Assembly: GCA_946965045.2 (NCBI GenBank)
Contig: OX337228.1
Location: forward strand, 5,146,001 to 5,210,000
Direction of reading: 5' to 3'
Length of the DNA stretch: 64,000 bases
Source of the DNA: Epithemia pelagica
Taxonomy: Eukaryota > Protista > Bacillariophyta
Positions 34,069 through 44,357 of this stretch are shown one piece after another. The notes beneath the pieces were generated by a model. It was not told where the DNA came from and ran no database searches. It saw only the letters and a list, made by a program, of their open reading frames with translations. The translations under genes were made by a program, and so were the position numbers. Each line of letters opens with the position of its first letter. Position 1 is the stretch's first letter.

Positions 34069-35774
34069 CGAGCTCCACCGCACTGAAATTGCACAGCCAG
34101 TAGCCTGTGCTTTTGGGGTCCCCACTGTTTTTCCTATAGTGATTCTAGCTTCGTAGGAAGAACACTACCACTACGGTCATTTTGCACTGCATAACACCAC
34201 CATGGCACACTCAAGCCGGTGTGCACCTCCAACGAAAGGTGCTAGTACTCCTCCGACCATCCAGGATGCCTCAGAATCAAGTGTACCGTGAGGGAATGGA
34301 CGGGCGGCGATGAACTCTCGATAGCTGTGGAGCTACGCTAAGATTTAGAAGACCTTCCATTTTTGGGTTGGAAGGAAGCAACGAGAGGATCCAGATTGGA
34401 GTCGGATAATGATGGAATGAACCAAGATTGCAAGGAGGGACGACAATGGAAGCTCCGAAATGGATGGATGAGGCGTAGGAGAGCAGCGGCAAGGACACAC
34501 GGCAATCTACTGGATGATTCCGAAGCACAAACGTGAAGAGAATCTCGGCAACCGCATTGAAGGAAGTGACAATCAGAAGACGACGCTAATGGAGACAATG
34601 AATGCAGCAATTCACTTATCGTCCGTCCGCATCCAACAATCAACTTCTTGGCATTGCGTGGTCCGAACACAGCAAATGAAAGCCTCGTCGGGTTGGTCCA
34701 AACGCTCCGAGGCAACAACAACAATCGCGACAACAGCAAACAAGGAAGCAACAATACAAGATGACTATGCTTGACAGAATGCAAATTGAAATGGAGTCCG
34801 ATGGCTGGAAGCCTTTGGCATAGATCAGCAATGCATGGAAGAGTGTTTACAGCAAACACGGCAATCACACGGATCGCAATCAGCAACAAAACAACAACCG
34901 AGTTCCGAATAACAAGCAACATGGATGCAACATGCAACAACTCCCCAAAGTCCTCCTACAAGTCCTCTCTTGAACGCGCATCACCCTGCGACAGCGACAA
35001 CAAGGGGTGACAACGATAGCAAGTGCTGACAACGATAAATCAAACGGCGAACGCAACAATCCACGATCAACCCCTCGCATCTCCCAAACGAATCATCTCC
35101 AAATCGGCAACAAGCGACGACAATGACAAGCGGCGACAATGGCAACCACAACAAGCGGCGACAACCACAAAGACAGCAAGCGGTGACAATGACGACAACA
35201 ACCCAAAGCTTGCTGAGGCCGAACGAAACACGCGGCGACAACCACCACAACAACAAGCGGTGACAACGACAACAACAATCAACTACTCGCTGCCGCCGAA
35301 CGAAACACTCGGCGACAAGGACAACACTCGGACAACAACAACCCCAATGCAACAATCAACGATCGAACATGGGATAGTGGTGAAACAAAAATCAACAAAA
35401 GAAAGGATGGCGAACGAGGATGGATGAACAAGGATGGATGGACAAGGATGGATGAACGCGTAGCGAAAGCCTACGACACATACAAAGCTATCTAGATGCT
35501 TTCTATTGGTAGATGGTCTCTATTAGTAGCTGTTCATATTCATACTCGTAGAGAAGGCGGGTTGATTGTTGTGCCAGCGCCTCGTCTCCATGGTGAAAGT
35601 GGGTTGATCGGTTTTAGTCCACCACTCGTAAGTCGGCATGTGAAGGAGGGGCAATTCATTTTACTATATGAAAATGAATGTTGTAGTATATCTCGTTGGG
35701 CCGGAAGTGCCACCGAGAAGTGGAAACGTGAAGCACGGGCTACTGCCTGTGCAATTTCACTGCGGTGCAGCTCG
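34069..35774. mobile_element. Non-autonomous TIR element 1 (TA|CGAG...CTCG|TA; Tc1/mariner-like ends)
   Basis: ~45-bp inverted repeats CGAGCTSCACCGCASTGAAATTGCACAGSCAGTAGCCYGTGCTT at both ends, flanked by TA. An 8-bp TACGAGTA duplication is an alternative reading. The interior is decayed and low-complexity. Confidence 0.65.
35418..35457 (+). repeat. 14-bp tandem repeat GGATGGATGAACAA (about 3 copies)
   Basis: Direct reading; a matching array lies at 36703-36752. Confidence 0.85.
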
Positions 35775-35797
35775 TACGAGTACGTACTCTCCGGGTA

Positions 35798-36813
35798 CGA
35801 GCTCCGCCAGACGGAAATTCCAGCAGCAGTAGCCCGTGCTTTACAGACCTCCACTGTTTTTTCTATAGTGATTCTAGCTTCGTAGGAAGACCACTACAAT
35901 ACGGTCATTTCACACTGCATAACACCACCATGGGCAACAAAGACCGCTGTGCACCTCCAACGAAAGGGGCTGGCACTCCTGCCGAACAACAACAAGCAAC
36001 ATGGATGCAACAACTCCCCAAAGTCCTCCTACAAGTCCTCTCGTGAACGCACATCACCCTGCGACAACCACAACAAGCAGTGACAACGATAGCAAGTGCT
36101 GACAACGATAAATCAAACGGCGAACGCAACAATCCACGATCAACCCCTCGTATCTCCCAAACGAATCATCTCCAAATCGGCAACAAGCGACGACAATGAC
36201 AAGCGGCGACAATGGCAACCACAACAAGCGGCGACAAGCACAACGACAGCCAGTGGTGACAACGCCAGACAGCGACAACAACAAACAAAAGCTCGCTGCG
36301 GCCGAACGAAACACTCGGCGACAACAACAACAACAACAACAACCCCCAAGCAACAATCAACTATTCGCTGCCACCGAACCCTGTGCACGAGACTGTGCCC
36401 TTCAACGACAGCAAGCGGCGACAACGACAAGCGACGACAACGACAAGCGACAAGACAGCAAGCGGCAACAACCACAAGTGACAGCACGACAATCAACTAC
36501 TCCCTGCCGCCGCACGAAACTCTCGGCGACGACAACAACGACAACCCCAATGCAACATCAACTACTCGCCGCCGCCGAACGAAACACTCGGCGACAACAA
36601 CAACAACGAAGGCTCTCGCATCGACTCCTGCAACAATCAACAAGAAGAGATAAGATAAACACAACAATCAACCGATCAGGCAAAAGAGAGGATGGCGAAC
36701 GGGGATGAACAAGGATGGATGAACAAGGATAGATGAACAAGGATGGATGAACGATAGCCTACGACACAAACAAAGCTAACTAGACAGTATCTATTAGTAC
36801 CTGTTCATACTCG
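35798..36813 (+). mobile_element. Non-autonomous element 2, an internally deleted relative of element 1
   Basis: 35796-35980 matches 34067-34252, and 35982-36815 matches about 34905-35550 (first ~250 bp nearly identical). About 650 bp of element 1 are missing at a CCGA microhomology. Ends TTCATACTCG|TA. Confidence 0.65.
36703..36752 (+). repeat. 14-bp tandem repeat GGATGGATGAACAA (about 3.5 copies)
   Basis: Direct reading. Confidence 0.85.
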
Positions 36814-37248
36814 TATCGGGCACCGGTAAGATCATGGTCCATGAACCGCGGACGAATCATTGTAGACGACTGAGCGCATTTTTCCTTTAGTTGTCATTTG
36901 TGTCTTTTGTTTCTTCTTAGGGTCGATAGTATTTTCTCCTATTTTCTCGTTGTAGGGCTCGTCACTTCCATGGTTCGAGTTGTCTACTAGGTAGGGGACG
37001 CTTTGGTTTCTTCTTACTCCTCTAGAGTAATAATCAAAGTGGTAGGAGTAGATGGCAAACTCTATGAGGCTGATTGTCACATATTAGATAGGAGTAGTTA
37101 CAAACCCTAATGCTGTTTATCCAATTTGATAGGAGTATTATATAGTTGGACCTCCATACTCCATATCCAGAAAAATCTATCTGTCCTTCCATCCGTTCCT
37201 CGTCAGCACACAACCACAAATTCGTTCGCCGAAGAACACTCACCATCC

Positions 37249-38697
37249 ATGGAGACCGCGGCTCCTTCTTTGGAATCTATCTACGCTTTCACGCCGCAGC
37301 AGACCAACGAAACGTTCGAAGATGTTGGATATGGACCTCTTGTTGTACAGCGGCGTGATCTTCTTGAGGAAATAATCCAATACGCCTCCCCGAAGAAGTC
37401 TGTGCACATTAGCGGGTGCAAGGGTGCAGGGAAAAGCACGGTGCTGAACCAGATTGGAGAGCTGCTGGTCAGCAATGGCAAAACAGTTTTTTTCTTTGAA
37501 AACGCAACATCGTTTCAGCAACTAGATGTGAATAAATGGATTAGGAGAATGGCAGCGGTGAAACAAGAAGCGCACATTCTGGTCGACGAGACACAAGCCA
37601 ATGTTGACTCGGACATATTTACCGTGCTTTTGAAGAATACAAAAAATCACCGTCTCACGACAATCGGTGCTGGGGTTCCCCACTATCAAACAATAAGTGG
37701 GTCGTTCAAGAAATCAATTGCAACTGATCGGCTTTTTGTTGCCGAAGATATGCTTGTTGAGGAGGGGATAACAGACTATTTTGCGTCCAACACCACGGCT
37801 GCAACAGGAGCTGAGATTGAAAAGCTTCTTCAATTCATCCGCTCGCATGTTGGTGGACACATCTACCCATTAATGTGGCTTGCAGAGCATCTTGTTCCGA
37901 AGATGAAAAACGAAGGCTTCTCGGTGGAGGAGGTGATCAGATACTTTGAGTCGAACGACTTTCGAGGTCAACAGGCATTCCAAGAAATGGTTCAACGCAT
38001 CCTGCCGGATGTTACTGCTACCGACGTTCGCCCATTACTCTACAGAGACCCCGATGATCGTGCTCTCGCTGATCTTCGAAAGAAAGGATTTTGCGATAGC
38101 AATGGCATGATCGTTTCACAATTTCTCTTTGAGAATTTCGTGTCGCATCAAGGAGGAAAAGGAACTTTGTTGGCTACCAAGCTGAACCATGGCATTGCTG
38201 GTGTGCAGCAACTGCTTTCTCACACCCTTCCAAAGCTTAACTGGGACCAGTATGGACCTCATGGAGGTCCAATCGAAGAGGCTATGACGTTTGAGCTCTT
38301 GCTTGGCCTCTCCAAAGTTAAACAACTTGACACTCGACTGTTCAACCCCAAGCTCATCAATGCGGGGACTGCAGCAAGAAAGCCAGACCTCTACTTAAAC
38401 TCAACAATCGATAGTTATATTGAGTGTGTTCTCACTTCAGCCAATAATGCAACGGAGAGGAGGAGTCTTGATGAGCACATTTCACGATTCTATCCAAATA
38501 CTGACGGTGACGTCTACTACAATATTGGAGACTCCAGTTTTGCCATCATCAATTATCAGGTCGCAGGCACGGAACCTTTGCAACCCGAAAATCAGCATTT
38601 TCGAGGCCAAGTTTTTGACGAACGAGTGTTTACCTTCGTTATGCCGACCAAGGAAGTTTATCGAGGAAGCACGCTCATCGCTTCGCCGTGTATGTAG
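37249..38697 (+). CDS. P-loop NTPase + PD-(D/E)xK restriction-endonuclease-fold protein (Crinkler/RHS-type core, no N-terminal header)
   Basis: Walker A GCKGAGKS and Walker B ILVDE. C-terminal E...KPDLYLN...YIEC...LDEHISRF...Y...FAIINY resembles CR-REase domains. Intronless; first ATG at 37249. Confidence 0.62.
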   Translation: METAAPSLESIYAFTPQQTNETFEDVGYGPLVVQRRDLLEEIIQYASPKKSVHISGCKGAGKSTVLNQIGELLVSNGKTVFFFENATSFQQLDVNKWIRRMAAVKQEAHILVDETQANVDSDIFTVLLKNTKNHRLTTIGAGVPHYQTISGSFKKSIATDRLFVAEDMLVEEGITDYFASNTTAATGAEIEKLLQFIRSHVGGHIYPLMWLAEHLVPKMKNEGFSVEEVIRYFESNDFRGQQAFQEMVQRILPDVTATDVRPLLYRDPDDRALADLRKKGFCDSNGMIVSQFLFENFVSHQGGKGTLLATKLNHGIAGVQQLLSHTLPKLNWDQYGPHGGPIEEAMTFELLLGLSKVKQLDTRLFNPKLINAGTAARKPDLYLNSTIDSYIECVLTSANNATERRSLDEHISRFYPNTDGDVYYNIGDSSFAIINYQVAGTEPLQPENQHFRGQVFDERVFTFVMPTKEVYRGSTLIASPCM

Positions 38698-38980
38698 GAC
38701 AGCGATGCTCAATTCCCTTGAGTGTTCAAATAACCAAACGTCCCTACAAGGCACTACTCTTTACTGCAATGTAGATTCGCTTTCTAAGGCATTCCTAGAT
38801 CCCTAACAAGGCAACTGAAGTCCCATGAGGTCCCCGCAGGCAGCGAAGAACAAGACATGTTAGACATGATTCGCAGAAGCTACTTGGGATACTCTGGTGA
38901 CTTTTGCAGTTTGCAGCGATAGCGACGGTTGGTCGGACAGGAGGTGATCGTCCATGTTTACCGGAAGACCATTCGCTGTG

Positions 38981-39861
38981 TCAACAACCATCCCACCATA
39001 TGGCCAAGTTTCGGCCTTGAAAGGGAAGTGTAGAACAATTAAACCGCTCATCTTTCGACAGAATGTATTCACAGAACTCCTCATATGATCTAACTTTGAC
39101 CCGTCGCATTGCCGTTGGTGATCCGGATACCGCTTCATTTGAGTCGTCAGTGTATCCCTTCGACCTCAAAATTGGGAAGAACTTTTCACCCTCTTCAGAC
39201 TCTTCCACAAGAACCGTGCGAAAGTTGAATATATTAGGGAAAACGAGCAGGGTACGACAACAAAGGGCTTTTTGTAGTGCAAAGCGGCGTCAACAATAGC
39301 TTCCGTAGCACTGTCAGCATGCATTCCAACGATCAAACAACTTTCTTCAATTGCAGAAATAAGATTTGGTTTTGCTTTCATCCCTGGTAGAGTGCTTTCA
39401 CTTGTAAAGTACAACTGGTGCTGTTGCACCAATTGTTCCATCCTTTGAAAAGGCTTAGTACCAGTACTCTCCGCTTCTTCCATGTGCAAAGTCGCCCGAG
39501 CTTGCCACTTTTTCGGAAGTTGGGGGATTACATGTTTCTGAAGACATACAACCACGTCGGTGGGTCGAGGATCAACAATAATGACACGACGTTGGAGGCA
39601 CCAAGCCAGACGTGTGGCTAATTCTCCTTTACCACCTCCAGCCACGTCAAGGATTGGAGGACAGTCGCTGTCGTTTGAGTTGTTTGAAAATACTTGAGGA
39701 AATGTATGTTGAAGCCATTTTACAAAATCTTTCGTTTTGTTGTTGTTTCGAGCTCCATGTCGGCCTCGATTCCTTTGGGGCAACTTATCATGTGAAGACA
39801 CTTTGTCCCCCAAACTACCGTGCTGCCGCTGTTCTTTCGGCTTTCCTTCGACTCTAGGCAT
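38981..39861 (-). pseudogene. SAM-dependent methyltransferase-like gene with a 1-bp deletion at 39245/39246
   Basis: LDVAGG-KG, VDPR, GMHADSATEAIVDAAL, PFVVVPC. Restoring one base gives PCCVFPN and continues to VRSYEEFCEYILSK...FQGRN. Confidence 0.7.
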
Positions 39862-40072
39862 GCTATCCTTGCTTGCGTCGGCGATGGCCTTTCAATTTGG
39901 AGAGAAGTGACATGGCCACACGAGATGAGGATCGTTGTGATCTGTTGTGATATTGTGAATGGTGAATTGTGACAGACAATGCCGGTCGGCTGACAGCCAG
40001 ACCTCATTTATTATCCCTTTTTTGGATCTTGGATCATCTCGTGCTCAGTTTTTCCCGCATAAGTTTTTCACC

Positions 40073-41242
40073 ATGGACACCCAAACCGCATCGACTCAAT
40101 CATCAACCCGAGATTCGACTATGTCGGTTTTGGAAAACTCTCAGCCTTTCTTTTACGGCCTACATCAGGAATACATTGTAGGATTGGCTGAGAAGATGGA
40201 GCAATCATTCGAAGGGGCTTTGACGGAACACCTTCGCATGTCGGGCGTGTATTGGTCGCTCACAGGACTTTCTATCTTGGTTTCGCAAGAAGATGTCGAT
40301 CGTCTCATGGGTGTCACCCATGTGGAAAAGTCGAGTAAACAAAATCAATCAATACTGGACTGGCTGTTTACTTGCTATGACAAGAAATCGGGTGGTTTTG
40401 GAGGCAATACTGGACAAGATGGACATATGCTTTACACTCTATCAGCGATTCAAATATTGGCTCTCATGGACGCCTTGGACGATGATCGCTTGGAAAAAGA
40501 AGACGTTATTAAATTTGTCGTGAACCTTCAACAAACTGATGGCTCGTGGGCGGGTGATAGTTGGGGTGAAATTGATACTAGATTCACATACTGCGCCCTT
40601 TCAGCCTTGTCGCAACTTCACGCTTTGGATCAAGTCAATATTGATTTGGCCGTTGACTACATCCTTCGGTGTAGAAACATTGATGGGGGATTTGGTTGTG
40701 TCATCGGAGCAGAATCGCATGCGGGACAGGTTTTCTGCTGTATTGGAGCCCTGGCGATTGCTCGCTCGCTACACAGACTCGGGGAAGATGGTATCGAGCT
40801 GTTGGGATGGTGGCTGGCAGAACGACAAGTAGATTCCGGTGGATTGAATGGCCGTCCAGAGAAACAAGCCGATGTTTGTTATTCGTGGTGGATTCTGTCT
40901 GCTCTGAGTATTCTGGGAAAGGTAGCTTGGATAAATGGCAACAAACTTGCCTCCTTCATATTGAAAAGCCAAGATGATGAAGATGGAGGAATCTCTGATC
41001 GTCCTGACGATATGCCAGACGTCTTTCACACATTCTTCGGCATTTCAGGGCTGAGCTTATTGGGGCATTTGCATAATCATGGTGATAAGTCCAAATCGTT
41101 TCGTCCTATTGATCCAATCTACGCTTTGCCTACCGATGTCTGCAAACGACTTCAACTACGAGGACAAGTTGTGGTTCAAAAATCCATCGATGTAAACGAT
41201 CGACTATCACACTATGACCAATACGCAATTCAAAACATGTAG
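40073..41242 (+). CDS. RABGGTB: Rab geranylgeranyltransferase beta subunit
   Basis: EHLRMSGVYW, GEIDTRFTYCA, ESHAGQVFCC, GGLNGRPEKQADVCYSWW and DVFHTFFG motifs. Confidence 0.95.
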   Translation: MDTQTASTQSSTRDSTMSVLENSQPFFYGLHQEYIVGLAEKMEQSFEGALTEHLRMSGVYWSLTGLSILVSQEDVDRLMGVTHVEKSSKQNQSILDWLFTCYDKKSGGFGGNTGQDGHMLYTLSAIQILALMDALDDDRLEKEDVIKFVVNLQQTDGSWAGDSWGEIDTRFTYCALSALSQLHALDQVNIDLAVDYILRCRNIDGGFGCVIGAESHAGQVFCCIGALAIARSLHRLGEDGIELLGWWLAERQVDSGGLNGRPEKQADVCYSWWILSALSILGKVAWINGNKLASFILKSQDDEDGGISDRPDDMPDVFHTFFGISGLSLLGHLHNHGDKSKSFRPIDPIYALPTDVCKRLQLRGQVVVQKSIDVNDRLSHYDQYAIQNM

Positions 41243-41335
41243 AGCTGAAGTTGGAGACGAATCTCCGAAAAATTACTTCGAAGCAATAGAGATGAATCCA
41301 TTGATCACCGAGTGCAAGTTGAAAAATAGCTTTAC

Positions 41336-43574
41336 TTAGAACGGAAGTGCGCCCATGACATCGCCCGAAATAATGGCACTTTGTACCAAGTAGGTGGCAA
41401 TTCCTGCAAAGTAGCCAACAGCTGCGCCTACGGATACTTTCCGAGCGTACCACAGAAAGTCAACCTTCTCCAGGCCCATTAAAGCTACTCCAGACGCACT
41501 ACCAATTACCAAAATGGAACCTCCAGTTCCCGCACAAAGAGCAATTAATTGCCACAAGCGATCATCGGTACCGTAATCGGCAAGGTCGTACATTCCCATG
41601 GTGGCAGCCTGATAAGGAAGAGGTAAGATACGTCATCAGATCAACAAGATTTAAGCACACACGACGACTTACCACCAAAGGTACATTATCAATCAAGGCG
41701 GACGCAATGCCAATAACAGTGGCAATGATGTCTAGACTTGGAAGCGTTTCAGAGAGATATACGGCCAAATCTTTGAGCAATCCACTTTTGTCCAAAACGC
41801 CAATGCTCATCAATATTCCCAAGAAGAAAAGAATCCCAGACGTATCAAGTCGTTCCAGTGCGGCAGGAACTTTCAGACCTTCTTCTTCGTCTGCCAAATG
41901 AATGACGTCAGTGAGTGTCCACATGAAGCCAAGTCCAGTAAGCATAGCCAAATAGGGAGGAAGGCCCGTCAGTTCAGCAAAGACTGGTACCGACAACAAA
42001 GAGGCAATGCCAGACCAGAACACAAGGTTGCCTCGCGCAGAAAGAGGAGTCGGTTCTGGCAACAACGCGCCATCTTCGGTTTCGTCCTCTTCCACTTGAT
42101 TGACTAAGAAAGCGAGGGATCCTACCAGACAAACCACTGACGGCAGAAACAATTCCGTAACTGTTGGTACAGTCGACAACTGGTTGTTAATCCAAAGCAT
42201 GGTGGTCGTCACATCTCCTATTGGTGTCCAAACACCGCCAGCGTTTGCGGCAACCACAACCATCGCACCAAACAAAAGCCGTTCCTCATCCCGTGGAACA
42301 AGTTTTCTCAGCAAAGATATCATGACGATGGTCACCGTGAGATTGTTCAGGATCGCGGAGAGAAAGAATGTTATAAACCCGATTGTCCAGAACAATTGCT
42401 TTTTCGATGTTGTTTTGATTTGGTTTGTGACGACTTTGAACCCTTGGTGTAGGTCAACCACCTCAACGATAGTCGACGCCGCAAGCAAAAAGAAACAAAT
42501 ATCCGATACCTCAGCGAGTTGTTCACCAAGCTGTCGGATAACTTCTTCTGATGCCACTCCGGCACTTTGGTAGTAATCGGCGTATGTGACCCATAAGCCT
42601 GTACTCATGAGCAAGGCAATTCCTGCTTTGTTAAACTCAATCACCTCTTCAAATATGATTCCGAGATATCCCAGCACAAAAATCCCAATCATTGCAATGT
42701 CTGAATGGTCGTGCAGCCAGGCTGACTGAGAAAGAAAAGAGGCGAAAGCTCCAGCAAAGAGAAGAGATGCTCCCACTGCAATAATATCTTGCTTGGCTTT
42801 TTCTGGAGTGTTCGCCAAGCTGTTGGCGGTATCACACATTTCGTCCCTCATCTGATCAAAGCGGTTTCGGAGTTTCGGGTACTTGTCGGTCAAGGTGACC
42901 AAACTAACACGTTCGTCTTTTTGGACAACAGTCATAACGTCCTGTAAATTGATGACACCCAAAATTTTGCTGTCATCTTGAAGGCGATTGGAGCTGACAG
43001 AATCCGCCACCACCAAATGTCTTATGTTTGATTCCTGCATGAGAGCAATTGCGGCACTGGCGACCTCAGACGGACTGACCGCAATCAAATTGCTTGCAGG
43101 AGTGACATAGTCTTTTACTGGGGCAACAAGAAAAGAAGCAGATTCCTCTTCGTTATTGGAGGATTGTACACGTGCTGTGGAAAACTTGATATAATCTGAT
43201 TCCGTGAACAGACCGAGTAACTTGTCGTTGCTATCAAACACAAGAGCAGCGTCTTGGTTACCTCCAGTGATGGCATCCATGACAGAAAGAACTCCGTCCT
43301 GATCAGACGCTTTGTGGAATCCATTCATCCGTTGCGCCTCAGTCAAGATTCTCGAAGCTGGACAGGAAAATCCAAATCCTTCAGGAGTGATGAAGGATGC
43401 GGGGTTGTCCAGGATGCCCTCGCTGGACGACTTGAGAGGTCCAATTGGTAGGGCATTGTTCTGAACCGAGAAAGATGTGTGGCGAAAACTTGGGTTGCTT
43501 CTTCCAGTGAAAGCATGACTGCTCTCAAAGACATGAAGTAGGAGCACCACGGATCGCAGCTGCAGGCATTTCAT
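41336..43574 (-). CDS. nhaD: Plastid-targeted NhaD-type Na+/H+ antiporter with an N-terminal CBS pair, 2 exons (43574-41673, 41608-41336)
   Basis: IIFEE-x3-FNK, FFLSAILNNLT, NAGGVWTPIGDVTT, IDNVPLV|AATMGMY and GGSILVIGSASGV. Two CBS-like repeats. Leader SHA|F; 64-nt intron. Confidence 0.9.
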
Positions 43575-44357
43575 TTTGTCTTTCCTCTCTGTTCCCCTCT
43601 TTTTTACTCGATCTCTTCCATCAATGTCCCATTCCCATGGCTGGTGCTGGTAGATAGTCGTTGGCATCCGCCGTATCTTTGAGGTACGTGGTCGACTGTC
43701 AGGCGTCGTCATATTGCTCGCAGAATTCGTAGACCTCTCACACGCACGCGTGTGTAGTGTGTAGTATGCCCCACCTGTTTACGTCCAAAAATCTAGCCAC
43801 CGCAACGTACAACCGGACGATCGGAATGCAGTCGCACAGTCCTCGAACTTGTAAATTCTACAGCAAAGGCTAATACTTTCTCTGTCAACCGCGTAGGTTT
43901 TGCCACAAAATGAAAACTAATCAGTTACATGAATCCTTGGTACAATATTTGCAACGCAATATCTTTTGTGAAACGATAGAGATTAAAGGTCTCACTTGTC
44001 TCTATCATGGACAAGGTGCACCCGACAGAAAGATGTGAAATTTTACGGCGCTACTCCGACCCCCAACAGCCAGCAGACCAAAGATGAGACAATAGCCTCA
44101 TTCATTTTTTCTTCTCTGCGTTGAGGAGACCCAAAAAAGCATAGAAAGTATAGAGTCGCTCTTTGGGCCTCGCGTGTATTGGATATTGGATGGACTTTTC
44201 AATGTCCCTATCGGAGAGACGACATTGACAAGAAACACTAGACGAGCCAGTGCGTTACCATCGGTCAGACTCGGATTGAAGACTGACCAACAGATTGAGC
44301 TCAATCCGTTGAAACTTTTCTGTAAGGACGCGAAAGACCCCTTACGGACGACGATCA

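Noticed and set aside
34880-36740. Many overlapping Thr/Gln/Cys/Val-rich ORFs (e.g. 35023..35427, 36096..36653, 36196..36708)
   Set aside because: These are by-products of stop-poor ACA/GAC low-complexity repeats, open in several frames and on both strands.
37103-37111. AAACCCTAA telomere/telo-box
   Set aside because: A single copy, compatible with chance; not an array.
38741-38817. Short direct repeat TCCCTA(A)CAAGGCA(A)CT downstream of the NTPase+REase gene as a possible element end
   Set aside because: No counterpart was found upstream of the gene, so it cannot define an element boundary.
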